From: an uncultured cyanobacterium
Lineage (GTDB): Bacteria; Cyanobacteriota; Cyanobacteriia; Cyanobacteriales; Cyanobacteriaceae
DNA: 64,000 nt
Assembly (NCBI GenBank): GCA_963710605.1
Contig: CAVQBA010000001.1
Location: 288,001-352,000, forward strand
Reading direction: 5' to 3'
Program-made: the position numbers and the translations under genes
The notes under the pieces: generated by a model
What the model saw: the letters and a program-made list of their open reading frames with translations, nothing else
What the model was told of the DNA's origin: nothing
Databases searched by the model: none
In this document: piece after piece, positions 33,765 through 45,480 of the stretch
Numbering within the stretch: the stretch's first letter is position 1
Layout: each line of letters begins with the position of its first letter

Positions 33765-36182
33765 TCACCCCATTTGAGGATAATTTGTTTTTGGTTTTAA
33801 ATCTAAAGCACCCGGAGGATAAACAAGTCTTTCATGATTAAACTGTTGCCAAACATTAACAAAAACTTCGCCGATGATGGGTAATTCTTCGTATTTAAGC
33901 CCACTATCATCTAATTGATGATCTCGCCAACGAGCTTTAAATATTTTGTTAACCATGGCAATAGCTTGATCAGGAGTTGCTCCTTTAAGAGAGCGTAAAG
34001 CCGCTTCACAACCATCTGCTAACATAACGATCGCTGTTTCACGAGATTGTGGAGTGGGGCCTTGGTAACGGAAATTAGATTCATCAATCACTAACTGTGG
34101 ATTATTCTCAACTTCTTTTTGAGCTTGAAAATAAAAATAAGAAATTAGTAAGCTACCCTGATGTTGAGGAATAAAGTCACGAATGGCTTGGGGTAAACCG
34201 CATTTTCTCGCCATGACAATTCCTTCGGTGACGTGCTTTTTAATAATTAGGGCACTTTTCCAAGGATCATTTATTTGATCGTGTTTGTTAACTCCTCCCA
34301 TTTGATTTTCAATAAAACCAAGAGGATCGTGCATTTTACCAATATCATGATAAAGTGTTCCTGCTCTGACTAACTCGACATTACAATGTAAACGACGAGC
34401 GGCGGCTTCTGCTAAAGTTGCCACAAACATTGTATGTTGGAATGTACCCGGTGCTTCGGTTGCTAATCTTTTGAGTAAAGGGCGATTAGGATTAGATAAT
34501 TCAGCCAAACGAATCGGCGTAATTAAATCAAAAAGTCTTTCTAAATATGGAGAAATACCTAAAGCCAAAATAGTGTAGGTTAAACCGATCGTACCAGACC
34601 ATAAAGCACCCGGTAACATCGCATACCACACTAAACCGACAGTAGAGTTATTTAATAAAGAAACAATAAAATAAACACTACCCTGAGTTAAGGCAATTCC
34701 ACCACCTAAAAAAGCTAATTCTTCTCTAGAGTGTAAACGACTAGCCATAAAAGAGGCAACTAACCCAGAAGCGATTGAAGGAATAAAAAGTTCCCAATCA
34801 GCTAAATCATTCTGGAATAAACTCAAACCAGTAACCAAAACAACTTGTGTCACGGCTAAAGTTGGTCCATAAAAAGTACTAGTCAACAAACCAACCGCTG
34901 GTAAAGAGTTGTAGTTAGGGTTAAATAAATTAATAGTCGGAACAGAAGCAGTTAATAATAATAATAATATTTGATCTCGCCAACGAATTTTCTTTTTTAA
35001 ACGATCGGCTAAAGAGACAAAGGATAAAACAGAGATAGTGACTAATGCACCCGAACCAACTACCCCAGCAATACTCATCCGACGACGACTTAAATTAAAG
35101 TTATCTAGTAAAACAAAGTCTTCACGAGAAATTTTTTCTCCGGCATTGACAATAACGTCTCCTTCTTTAATTGAGACAACAACAGGTTCGATACCTTGAG
35201 CAACTTCTTCAACTTGAGCGATCGTTTTTTCATTATCAATCATCAAGTTAGTTTTTAAATGAGGTGTTAATAACTTGACTCCGATATAATTTAAAGACGG
35301 AGGAAAATATTCTTGTAAATGAAGACTAATCGTACTGTTTCTCATTTCATCGGTAAATCTATCATAGATTCCCTGAGTCAGGATCAAATTTTGAGCTTTA
35401 GTAACTTGAAGATTCATTCGCTCCCATGTTTTTTGATCCAAATTCAGCACAATTTTTTTCTCAGTTTCGTTTAAAATCCCAATTTTAATATTGGCAATTT
35501 TTGCTTGAACTTCTTGATATTCTCTTCTTTGAATTTGTAATTGACTTAAAAAGTCATTAAATATATCAGGAGTGACTTTTGTTTTATAATCTAATAATTG
35601 TCTAGTTAATCGATCGTTATCTTCGAGATTATCCCCTTGGGAGAAAGCATTAACCGCCAACAAAATTTCTTGCCATCTATTTTCATTTAAAGCTGACAAA
35701 TCTAGTTGTACCGATATCGGTAAAATACTTGGGTCAATCTTAGATATATCTTGTTTTAATTTTCGCAAATCATTAATTTGTGCCAATTGATTTGCTAACG
35801 CTGTTTTTAACTCTTGAGAAGTTCTTTTATTTTCTTGATATACTTTAACTGAACCGTTACTTACTGCTTCACGTTTTTCATCAGTAGTTTTTTGATCAAT
35901 AAAACTGCCATCCCCTGGTGCGATTACTTTGGTTGGGGAAATTGTATCTACAGCAAGCTCAGGTATGTTATAAAATCGATGACTAATTAATCCTGTTAAA
36001 GTGCTAATCGAGATTAAAATCATTAGAGGAGAATGCATTTTGTACATCCAACTTAAAACTAATTTTTTATCTTTTTTTTGACCAGGAGAATTTGTTTCAA
36101 TCACAGGAGCATTTGTCTTTGGCACACTAGATTTATATTGTAGTTTAGTTAGAAGTTTATCAATCAACGACAAATTTTTCAT
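33765..36182 (-). CDS. 7TM-HD (HDIG) phosphohydrolase, PgpH-like
   Basis: Extracellular domain, TM cluster, APGTFQH, YHDIGK and MLAD motifs. Confidence 0.9.
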   Translation of the reverse strand: MKNLSLIDKLLTKLQYKSSVPKTNAPVIETNSPGQKKDKKLVLSWMYKMHSPLMILISISTLTGLISHRFYNIPELAVDTISPTKVIAPGDGSFIDQKTTDEKREAVSNGSVKVYQENKRTSQELKTALANQLAQINDLRKLKQDISKIDPSILPISVQLDLSALNENRWQEILLAVNAFSQGDNLEDNDRLTRQLLDYKTKVTPDIFNDFLSQLQIQRREYQEVQAKIANIKIGILNETEKKIVLNLDQKTWERMNLQVTKAQNLILTQGIYDRFTDEMRNSTISLHLQEYFPPSLNYIGVKLLTPHLKTNLMIDNEKTIAQVEEVAQGIEPVVVSIKEGDVIVNAGEKISREDFVLLDNFNLSRRRMSIAGVVGSGALVTISVLSFVSLADRLKKKIRWRDQILLLLLTASVPTINLFNPNYNSLPAVGLLTSTFYGPTLAVTQVVLVTGLSLFQNDLADWELFIPSIASGLVASFMASRLHSREELAFLGGGIALTQGSVYFIVSLLNNSTVGLVWYAMLPGALWSGTIGLTYTILALGISPYLERLFDLITPIRLAELSNPNRPLLKRLATEAPGTFQHTMFVATLAEAAARRLHCNVELVRAGTLYHDIGKMHDPLGFIENQMGGVNKHDQINDPWKSALIIKKHVTEGIVMARKCGLPQAIRDFIPQHQGSLLISYFYFQAQKEVENNPQLVIDESNFRYQGPTPQSRETAIVMLADGCEAALRSLKGATPDQAIAMVNKIFKARWRDHQLDDSGLKYEELPIIGEVFVNVWQQFNHERLVYPPGALDLKPKTNYPQMG

Positions 36183-36753
36183 TTTTAAGCAATTTTCGAG
36201 CTTTGATAGGATAAGCAGAATCTAATAGCTAATAATTTGAGATTTGAGTAAATCCGAATATAATATTCACCTTCGCACACAATTTTTTTTAAATTTAGTA
36301 ATCACACGTGCGATAAATTCCCGCTTGTGTTGATTATTTGGCTCTATTTTTTCTTAATATAACTATAATTACTTGATAACTAATTTTTGGTTAAAATAAT
36401 ATCTACCTTTTTTTTGAGCATACTAGAGAGTATGATGATTGTTGAGATTAAATTAAATTAGTCAAAAAGGACTCCTTTTTTTGGTGATTGATACTTGTTA
36501 GTCATTAATTCTAATAACATTATAGTTTATTTATCGATTGCAAGTGCTGATTAGATTAATTAGGCTGAATTCAAAGAATAGATAACCAGACAATTAATCA
36601 TTAATAATCAAATATTCGACTTTCTCCATTTTTAGCTGATGACTCAATTCTCCATAGGAATTAAAGAATTTAAGTGGTAACATAACCAATAAGCTCAAAA
36701 CATATTTTTGAGGAGAATGAGATTGTAACTCTTCATTAGTAGTTTCTTATAGT

Positions 36754-38325
36754 ATGAATCACGATAAACAAATCAACATCTTAATTATTGATGACTTGAT
36801 TGAGAATTTGAAAGTCTTAGAACAAATACTTTTATCAAATAACTACAGTGTGAGAAAAGCAACCAAAGCAACCATAGCTATCAGAGCGGCTAAATTGTCT
36901 CCACCTGATATTATTTTGCTAGATGTTAAAATGCCTCAAATGGATGGTTTTGAGTTATGTAAAAGGTTAAAAAACGATCGTCTCACAGCAGAGATTCCGA
37001 TTATTTTTATCAGTGCCTTAGATGAAACAATTGATAAAGTTAAAGCTTTTAATGTTGGTGGTGTAGATTATATCACCAAACCCTTTGAAGTCGAAGAAGT
37101 ATTAGTCAGAATTAAAAATCAACTCACTATTCATCAGCAAAAACAAATACTCCAACAAGAAATTCAAAAACGTCAACAAACAGAAGAGATACTCAGGCAA
37201 TCGAGAGCTTTTATTTCAGGGATATTGAATGTTTCTTTAGACGGAATTGCCACTGTAGAAGCAATCAGAAACATTAATACAGGATTAATTGATGATTTTC
37301 GTTGTATTGCAGTCAATTCGATGATGGCAAAAATTTTAAATCAAGATGATATGGATTTAATTGGGCAAACCCAGATTAAAAAATTAACCGAAACTATCAA
37401 TCAAGATTTATTTACTAAATTAATTAATGTAGTCAAGACAGGTAAGTTATGGCAACAAGATATACATTATTACAACCAAAATCAACAAAAAAGATATTGG
37501 TTTAATCTCACAATTGTCAAATTAGGCGATGGTTGTGCGATTACGGTAAGAGATATTACAGACAGGAAAAAAATGGAAATTGAGCTGACTCAATTAAATG
37601 ATAATTTGCAAACTTGCCATCATAGTTTATCTCACGATTTGCGACATTATCTTAATCATATTAGTATGTCTTCGTCTTTACTTAAAGAAGAGTTGAATGA
37701 AAATACAATAGAAGACAATCTATTTTTAGCCGATACCATTTATCAAGCTAGTCAAAAGACTAACCAAATACTTGAAAGTATTATGCAACTTGCTCAAATA
37801 CAAAACATGGAAATGTTAGCAAGTAAATGTAATTTGTCTTATTTTGCGAGTCAAACGATCGATTTTTTGCAGTCTGTCAATCCTCAGCGTCAAGTAAAAG
37901 TAACGATCGAAGATAATGTTATTATTGAAGCAGAATCAAAAATGTTACAAGTAGCGTTAGAAAACCTCTTAAAAAACGCTTGGAAATTTACCCAGAATGT
38001 AACTAATCCTCAAATCGAGTTTGGTGTAATTACTCCTGATAATGGTGTTTGGATTGAAAAAATACAGCTATTATCTGATAACCCATCTTTATTATCTAAC
38101 TCGGCGATGATTTATTTTGTGAAAGACAATGGAGTTGGTTTTGATATGAGTAAATACCAACAATTATTTCAAACTTTTTCTCGTTTACACAAATCAACTG
38201 AATATGTTGGGAGTGGTTTAGGTTTGTCTATTACTAAACAAATAATTGAGCGTCATCACGGTTCAATTTGGGCAGAATCTGAGTTGAATCAGGGTACAAC
38301 TATTTATTTTACCCTCAATAATTAA
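36754..38325 (+). CDS. Hybrid response regulator/PAS/histidine kinase
   Basis: LLDVKMP receiver, SHDLR, NAWKFT, DNGVG and GSGLGL. Confidence 0.93.
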   Translation: MNHDKQINILIIDDLIENLKVLEQILLSNNYSVRKATKATIAIRAAKLSPPDIILLDVKMPQMDGFELCKRLKNDRLTAEIPIIFISALDETIDKVKAFNVGGVDYITKPFEVEEVLVRIKNQLTIHQQKQILQQEIQKRQQTEEILRQSRAFISGILNVSLDGIATVEAIRNINTGLIDDFRCIAVNSMMAKILNQDDMDLIGQTQIKKLTETINQDLFTKLINVVKTGKLWQQDIHYYNQNQQKRYWFNLTIVKLGDGCAITVRDITDRKKMEIELTQLNDNLQTCHHSLSHDLRHYLNHISMSSSLLKEELNENTIEDNLFLADTIYQASQKTNQILESIMQLAQIQNMEMLASKCNLSYFASQTIDFLQSVNPQRQVKVTIEDNVIIEAESKMLQVALENLLKNAWKFTQNVTNPQIEFGVITPDNGVWIEKIQLLSDNPSLLSNSAMIYFVKDNGVGFDMSKYQQLFQTFSRLHKSTEYVGSGLGLSITKQIIERHHGSIWAESELNQGTTIYFTLNN

Positions 38326-38344
38326 TCCGCTTTTATCTAGCTTT

Positions 38345-38665
38345 ATGAATTTATTTAATCCATCCAAATTTTTCTGGCTCATTTTGTGTTTTATTCCTAT
38401 TTTTTTCTTGACAACTTTACCTGTTAATGCTGTAGATATTTCTATTTGTCGTAATTATCAGCAAAATACAGTCTGCATTTTAAAAATTAAAAGAAGTGCT
38501 AAATACTATTGGCGTTATCGAACACAAATTAGTATTAATGGTGTTAAAAAACCTTTACGAATTTATGATTGCCGTCAAAACAAGATTTGGGAAAAAGATG
38601 GCGGGGCGATCGCTTTTTCGACTCAAGGAATTGAACAATATATCTGCGAAACTCTTTATAAATAG
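38345..38665 (+). CDS. Hypothetical secreted protein
   Basis: Signal peptide; IKRSAKYYWRY; four Cys. Confidence 0.7.
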   Translation: MNLFNPSKFFWLILCFIPIFFLTTLPVNAVDISICRNYQQNTVCILKIKRSAKYYWRYRTQISINGVKKPLRIYDCRQNKIWEKDGGAIAFSTQGIEQYICETLYK

Positions 38666-38823
38666 AAAATAGAGCTAAATAAATCAGTTATGCTAACTTG
38701 AGTAATGCCGTATCTTTTGGCTGTTTTCTAAGCAGAGGTTAGGGGAGTGTTTATTGGGATTGAGAAGGAGAAAGGAAGAAACAAAGAAACAAACAAAGAG
38801 AGAGAATCCTTACTTATTATAGG

Positions 38824-38955
38824 TAAGTAGCACCACCTAAATAAAAGAAAGTTTGTAGTGACCCCTAAATGGGGTTTAAAAAACTATTAAGATAACGGCT
38901 TAAGCCCTTACTACGAACTTAAGCTTTTTTACGTTTAATTAATTGGGGCTACTTA
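38824..38955. mobile_element. MITE-like element enclosing a GTAG...CTAC REP pair
   Basis: Imperfect TIRs TAAGTAGCACCACCTAAATAAA / TTTAATTAATTGGGGCTACTTA. Confidence 0.55.
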
Positions 38956-39136
38956 ATAACGAATAATTAACAATTAAATATTTTTATCAACAACATTAGA
39001 TTTGTTTACTGTTGTCTAATTTGGGGTTGTCAATAAACACAGACAAACTAATCGAATAACGATCGACTGATTGGACTAAAATGAGTTGGATTGATATATA
39101 TAGAATAAATAAGAAGTTAACGCAATAGGTAAATAT

Positions 39137-42100
39137 ATGCCACGTCGTGAAGATATAAACAAAATTCTCCTTTTAGGTTCAGGACCAATTATTATTGGAC
39201 AAGCCTGTGAGTTCGACTATTCAGGTACACAAGCGTGTAAAGCATTACGAGAAGAAGGTTATGAAGTAGTTTTAATTAACTCAAACCCGGCTACCATTAT
39301 GACCGACCCCGAAACGGCTGAAAGAACTTATATTGAACCGATTACTCCTGAGATAGTCGAAAAGGTAATTGCCAAAGAACGCCCTGACGCACTCTTACCT
39401 ACAATGGGCGGACAAACTGCACTCAATACAGCAGTAGCCTTAGCCGAATCAGGTGCATTGAATAAATATGGTGTCGAATTGATTGGAGCAAAATTACCTG
39501 CAATCAAAATGGCAGAAGACAGGGAATTATTTAAAGATGCGATGGCGAGAATTGGCGTTCCTGTCTGCCCTTCAGGTATCGCTAATAACTGGGAATCGGC
39601 GAAAGCGGTTGCTGAAGAAATTGGCTCTTATCCACTCATTATCCGTCCTGCATTTACTATGGGTGGTACTGGTGGTGGTATTGCTTACAATCAAGAAGAA
39701 TATGAGGAAATGGCGAAGTTTGGTATAGATGCGTCTCCTGTTTCGCAAATCTTAGTTGAAAAGTCTCTCATCGGTTGGAAGGAATACGAATTAGAGGTAA
39801 TGAGAGATACGGCGGATAATGTAGTTATTATTTGTTCGATCGAAAATATCGACCCCATGGGCGTACATACAGGTGACTCAATCACCGTCGCCCCCGCTCA
39901 AACTTTAACCGATAAAGAATATCAACGTCTGCGGGATTACTCGATGGCAATTATTCGTGAAATTGGAGTAGAAACAGGTGGCTCTAATATCCAGTTTTCA
40001 GTCGATCCCACTAACGGAGATGTGATTGTAATTGAAATGAATCCTCGTGTATCTCGATCGTCTGCCCTCGCTTCTAAGGCAACTGGTTTCCCGATCGCTA
40101 AATTTGCGGCTAAGTTAGCTGTGGGTTATAGTCTCGATGAAATTTCTAACGATATTACCAAAAAGACTCCTGCTTCTTTTGAACCAACGATCGATTATGT
40201 AGTTACTAAGATACCTCGTTTTGCCTTTGAAAAATTCCCCGGCTCATCCTCTACTTTAACCACACAAATGAAGTCTGTCGGCGAAGCAATGGCGATCGGG
40301 CGTACTTTTTGCGAATCTTTCCAAAAAGCTCTACGTTCTCTTGAAACAGGTCGTTATGGCTTTGGTTGCGATCGTAAGGAAACTTTACCAACTTTATCAC
40401 AAGTTAGCTCTGGATTAAGAACTCCTACCCCCGAACGAATTTTTAGCGTCCATCATGCTTTTGTCTTGGGTATGTCTGTCGAAGAGGTATTTGAGTTAAC
40501 AGCGATCGATCCTTGGTTTTTAGATAAACTAGAATCTTTAGTCAAAATTGAAAAATACATGAAACGTACTTCCTTAAAAGATTTAAGTGAAGCGGAGATG
40601 CGTTATATCAAACAAAACGGTTTTAGCGATTATCAAATTGGTTTTGCGACTAAAACTAATGAGGATGAAGTTCGTAGCTATCGTAAATCTTTAGGTATCA
40701 CTCCTGTCTATAAATTAGTCGATACCTGTGCGGCAGAATTTGAAGCCTATACTCCTTATTATTACTCTTCCTACGAATTAGGCGAAACTGAGAATAATGT
40801 CAACGATAAAAAGAAGGTGATGATTTTAGGAGGTGGCCCAATCGAATCGGACAAGGTATAGAATTTGACTATTGTTGTTGTCACGCCGCTTTTGCTTTAT
40901 CTGATGCGGGATACGAAACCATCATGGTCAATTCTAACCCCGAAACTGTATCTACTGACTACGATACCAGCGATCGTCTTTATTTTGAACCTTTAACTAA
41001 AGAAGACGTTTTAAATATCATCGAAGCGGAAAACCCAGAGGGTGTTATTATTCAATTCGGCGGACAAACACCGTTGAAATTAGCTGTACCTTTAGAAACA
41101 TATTTAGCTCAACCTGACGTTTCTGTGACTACTAAAATTTGGGGTACATCGCCAGATTCGATCGATACTGCTGAAGACAGAGAAAGATTTGAAGCAATTT
41201 TAAACAAACTCGAAATCAAACAACCTCCGAATGGTATCGCTCGTAGTGCCGAGGAGTCGATGAAGATTGCTAATCGGATTACTTATCCTGTGGTGGTTCG
41301 TCCTTCTTATGTATTGGGCGGACGGGCGATGAGAATTGTCTATAACGATAATGAATTAGACCATTATATGACCTATGCGGTGAAAGTAGAACCCGATCAT
41401 CCTATTTTGATCGATAAATTCCTCGAAAATGCGATCGAAGTTGATGTCGATGCGATCGCTGACACCACAGGAAGAGTTGTCATTGGCGGAATTATGGAAC
41501 ACATTGAAGAAGCAGGGGTGCATTCAGGAGACTCAGCTTGTTCTATTCCTTATACTTCTTTATCTGATGATGTTTTAGCCACTATTCGGACAGCAACAGT
41601 CAAACTCGCTCAATCATTGAAAGTAATCGGTTTGATGAATATTCAATATGCTGTGCAAGGAGAAACAGTTTTTATTTTAGAAGCTAATCCTCGTGCATCT
41701 CGTACTGTACCTTATGTTTCTAAAGCTACAGGTCGCCCCTTAGCTAAAGTAGCCTCTTTGGTGATGTCAGGTAAAACCTTAGAAGATTTGGGTGTTACTG
41801 AAGAAATTGTCCCTCGTCATGTGGCTGTTAAAGAAGCCGTATTGCCGTTTAATAAATTTGTGGGTACAGATACCTTATTAGGTCCTGAAATGCGGAGTAC
41901 GGGCGAGGTAATGGGGATAGATAGCGATTTTGGTAAGGCTTTTGCTAAGGCAGAAATCGGTGCTGGTGTAATTCTGGCAACTTCGGGTACTGTCTTTATT
42001 TCGATGAATAATCGAGATAAAGAAGCGATCGTTTCTGTCGCTAAAGATTTAATCGAACTTGGTTTTAAAGTTGTAGCTACAGGTGGTACAAGACAGGCAT

Positions 42101-42385
42101 TATTAGAAAATGGTGTGGAAGATGTTGAGTTAATCCTCAAATTACACGAAGGTCGTCCTCATATTGTAGATTGGATTAAAAATAAACAAATTCAATTCAT
42201 TATCAATACTCCAAGTGCGGAAGAAGAAGCACAAAATGATGGCTTGAAAATTCGTCGATCGGCTTTAGATTATAAGTTACCGATTATAACCACGATCGCG
42301 GGGGCGAAGGCAACGGTACAAGCAATTCGATCTTTACAGTCCTAGACCAATGGAAGTGAAAGCGTTACAAGATTATCTAGCTTAA
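39137..42385 (+). CDS. carB: Carbamoyl-phosphate synthase large subunit (two single-base indels, near 40840 and 42341)
   Basis: [32 protein letters not shown] restored by a frame change; C-terminal [13 protein letters not shown] in a shifted frame. Confidence 0.96.
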
Positions 42386-42402
42386 AGCGTTAAGGGTAAA
42401 TA

Positions 42403-42472
42403 GTAGGATGGGTTAGGCATTTATTGATGATAAACTCCAACAAATTCATTAATGACTTAGCCGTAACCCATC
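42403..42472 (+). repeat. ~70-bp GTAG REP-like element (also 43065-43134, 43618-43687; reversed at 46822-46890, 47789-47859)
   Basis: GTAGGATGGGTTA...CAACAAATTCATTAA...CGTAACCCATC. Confidence 0.85.
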
Positions 42473-42586
42473 ATTAACCTAAATCTTAAGTTTTAGCCCC
42501 ACCTTGCAATAAATTACAAGGCTAATAGATACCGTTTAATAAATTAAACTCAAATCTAACCCAAAAATTATCTCATCGTTATTTGA

Positions 42587-43051
42587 ATGAAACTCAAACG
42601 GGGAATTACGAGCTTCTTTAACAGGAATGATGGCAACACAATTCCAAAATTTACATTTTTTGAATTCAAGCGTGTTGTGTTTGCTGTTGCTAATTCTGTT
42701 AGTCTTCATGTGACTGAGTTAACCGAAAGTGAATTCACGCCTAATTTTCACTCGGCACACCTTAATAATTCTAATACTTCGCTAACAGTAGTCGGACATT
42801 CTAGCTATCCAATCTTTGCTTTTTGTAAGCCATTTAAACAACACGAGTGTCAATTACATTTTGTCAATCGTACTACAATAGCCATAGAAATGAAGTATAT
42901 TTTTCCATATGTGACAGTTGCAACAGTAGAAGAATTAAACAGAGAACCGACCAAAATAGATTTGGACGCATTGGATGCAGTTGAATTAGAACAGATAAAA
43001 TACTGGAAACCGCAATCAATAGGTGAAATCGTTTTTAACTGGTGGGACTAA
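42587..43051 (+). CDS. Hypothetical protein
   Basis: 154-aa ORF ending YWKPQSIGEIVFNWWD. Confidence 0.75.
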   Translation: MKLKRGITSFFNRNDGNTIPKFTFFEFKRVVFAVANSVSLHVTELTESEFTPNFHSAHLNNSNTSLTVVGHSSYPIFAFCKPFKQHECQLHFVNRTTIAIEMKYIFPYVTVATVEELNREPTKIDLDALDAVELEQIKYWKPQSIGEIVFNWWD

Positions 43052-43232
43052 CCTAGTTTTAGTGGTAGGATGGGTTAGGCATTTGTTTATAATAAACTTC
43101 AACAAATTCATTAACAACTTAGCCGTAACCCATCGTCCTATGATTACAGTACAACAACCTTAATATAAATAATTACACTGCAAATACGGTCTAATTGTAA
43201 GTTAAGGGTAATAGAGATAAGTATCAGAAAAG

Positions 43233-43610
43233 ATGAAAACCTATAAGAAGCCTGATGTTATTCCTGCTAAAGTTGTAATGCAAGTTCATAAAGATGCGAG
43301 TCTCCGTGTGCTTGAGGCTAAGCAGTTCTTAGAACAGGCATCTCCAGTATTTTATGAGCGATTTCTCAATGCAATTGACCAAAAATCTTTGGATGTTAAT
43401 TACTTAACTGACCCGATCGAGAATGAACCAGAGATGAAAGAGATAATCAAACAGGTTAGAAGGAAAACCGAAGCCAAACTGCACGACCGAAAAAAAATGA
43501 GGGGTTTTTGCCATCTGTATTGGCACACGCAAAAACGCATCCTCAAAGAGCGATATAATATTCAATGGTTCTCCCCTGTTGACTTAAATCCTGGCATTTG
43601 GTTTGATTGA
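43233..43610 (+). CDS. Hypothetical protein
   Basis: 125-aa ORF; DPIE...GFCHLYW...WFSPVDLNP. Confidence 0.75.
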   Translation: MKTYKKPDVIPAKVVMQVHKDASLRVLEAKQFLEQASPVFYERFLNAIDQKSLDVNYLTDPIENEPEMKEIIKQVRRKTEAKLHDRKKMRGFCHLYWHTQKRILKERYNIQWFSPVDLNPGIWFD

Positions 43611-43893
43611 GATAGTAGTAAGATGAATGATAGCTTTATTCGTAACAAACTCCAACAAATTCATTAACAATGAGTGTCGTAACCCATAATTAACCTTCAA
43701 AGTGTTTTTGAGGTATTTCTTTGGAATTAGACTTTTATATCAATCAATCTTTTTATATTCATAATCCGCATTGAATTCAGTCATTCAATGCTAATAAAAG
43801 ACGTTCAATAAATAGAACTAAATCTATTTTATGTGGTAGAGAAAAACTATCGTATAAATAGGATTTAATTATAAGTTATTTTTTACTGAAACT

Positions 43894-44619
43894 ATGAAGA
43901 AACCATCAAGATTTATGCCTAAATATAGACCGCAAAAAATGGACTTTTTTGTAGTTTTCATATTAACGGCGATCTCATTAGTCACGGCAATATATGCAAC
44001 TGGTGCTTTTCTAATAATTTTAGCTATTATTATTGTAATAATCCTTTGGGCTATTTTTATTGAAAAGCCAAGATCGGATAACTATTTCGATCGCCTTTAT
44101 AAAGCGAGATTGATGCAAGAGCTTGAGAGTTGGATCTACAATACACTGGTGGGTAAGGATGAATTCTTAAATACGTTAATATTTGAGAAGAAACTTGCTA
44201 TATATTTTACTCCCTTAGCTAGTAATTTCGTGGCGACAATTATAAACGGCTCTAGTCATAGAGCTAGCTACAAAGTCAATCCTGGTGAGTTTCAGTATAA
44301 TCATATAATTAGGAAAGTCGCAACGGTGACCGAGGGGACATCGGCTGTTTGGTTTTACTATACAGTGATAGATAATGCGGTAGGTCAGCTTAATGATGTT
44401 TGGGAGTGCAACTATAATTATTGTCTAGATTACCCACTGGAAAAATTTGAAACAGAGCCAGCAAAAGAAGGTGGTGTTTCGTACCTAGGTTTATTGAGCA
44501 AAAATAAGTCATGGTTGCTTTTACATACATATGAACCAAGTGAATCTTTAGAAATTACTTTTTATGGCTCGCAAACAACTGTTAATAATCTCAAAAATGG
44601 ATTAACAAAAAGCAAGTAA
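43894..44619 (+). CDS. Hypothetical membrane-anchored protein
   Basis: 241-aa ORF with two N-terminal TM segments. Confidence 0.65.
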   Translation: MKKPSRFMPKYRPQKMDFFVVFILTAISLVTAIYATGAFLIILAIIIVIILWAIFIEKPRSDNYFDRLYKARLMQELESWIYNTLVGKDEFLNTLIFEKKLAIYFTPLASNFVATIINGSSHRASYKVNPGEFQYNHIIRKVATVTEGTSAVWFYYTVIDNAVGQLNDVWECNYNYCLDYPLEKFETEPAKEGGVSYLGLLSKNKSWLLLHTYEPSESLEITFYGSQTTVNNLKNGLTKSK

Positions 44620-44847
44620 CAAAGCCTCAAAGTTTTTTAGAGGAATAAGGATGTTATTTTTTCTACTCAAAATTAAATTATGAACTAGTGATAATGACAT
44701 CTCGACTCGCTATTGTTGTAAATGATCATAGCTCGATCGTATTTCAAACTTTTTATCAATTTACTTTTGATGACGATCGCTATGGTTATGTTAGATAATG
44801 TACAATTAATTCATTAATAATAAGTACTAAACTTTGCTTCAAATTTA

Positions 44848-45084
44848 ATGAATCCATTGAGAGACAAAATTAACGTGATAATTTACCCTGGTGAAACCCA
44901 AGGATATGTTGCCGAATGTAGCGAAATTGCAGTGGTAACTCAAGGATTAACTTTAGATGAAATTATTAATAATATTAAAGAAGCAGTAGTTTTACATCTT
45001 GAAGATGAGGATTTAACCGAATTAGGTTTCACAGCACAACCAGCTTTAAAAATTAATCTGGAAATGCTAATTCAATATGCCTAA
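44848..45084 (+). CDS. hicB: HicB-like antitoxin
   Basis: GYVAEC...VTQGLTLDEIINNIKEAVVLHLE. Confidence 0.85.
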   Translation: MNPLRDKINVIIYPGETQGYVAECSEIAVVTQGLTLDEIINNIKEAVVLHLEDEDLTELGFTAQPALKINLEMLIQYA

Positions 45085-45320
45085 GATAAAGCAATTATCA
45101 GCAAAAGAAGTCATAAAAATCCTGCAAAAATTTGGCGATTGAAAATTATCGCCAAAAAGGAAGTCATGTAAAAATGCGAAGAGTTACAGTAAAAGGTAAA
45201 GAAACCCTAACCATTCCTAATCATAAAAATTTAGATACTGGTACTTGTCAAGCAATCTTCAAATAAGCTTGTAAATATATTCCTGAATCAGAATTATATA
45301 GTTATTTTTACAACTCATAA
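45077..45320 (+). pseudogene. hicA: HicA toxin pseudogene (frameshift plus in-frame stop)
   Basis: MPKIKQLSAKEVIKILQKFG / RQKGSHVKM...TIPNHKNLDTGT..IFK*. Confidence 0.85.
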
Positions 45321-45376
45321 ATTTTCTAAGAAATAAAAAAGTAAATTGCCCTTGCGTCTTGAATCGTATCATGAAT

Positions 45377-45405
45377 GCTATTGTCAATAATTTTAGCTCG
45401 ATCGA
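45377..45405 (+). repeat. ~30-bp CGATCG-anchored direct repeat (also 44709-44740, 46085-46113, 47884-47908)
   Basis: GCTATTGTCAATAATTWTAGCTCGATCGA. Confidence 0.85.
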
Positions 45406-45480
45406 TTATCAAGAAATAAACATTATTATAAAGGTGCTGTATAATCTTCTTAATATAGATAACTATACTGCAAATGTTGC

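Noticed and set aside
39137-42385. carB, cobB, amidase and glutamate synthase as pseudogenes or programmed frameshifts
   Set aside because: Each has isolated single-base indels in otherwise intact conserved genes, carB is normally essential, and no slippery-site pattern is shared; assembly error is more likely
42403-43687. The ~70-bp repeats as a CRISPR array or canonical attC sites
   Set aside because: They are separated by whole genes, are divergent and start with GTAG like REPs; no clear RYYYAAC/GTTRRRY pairs and no intI
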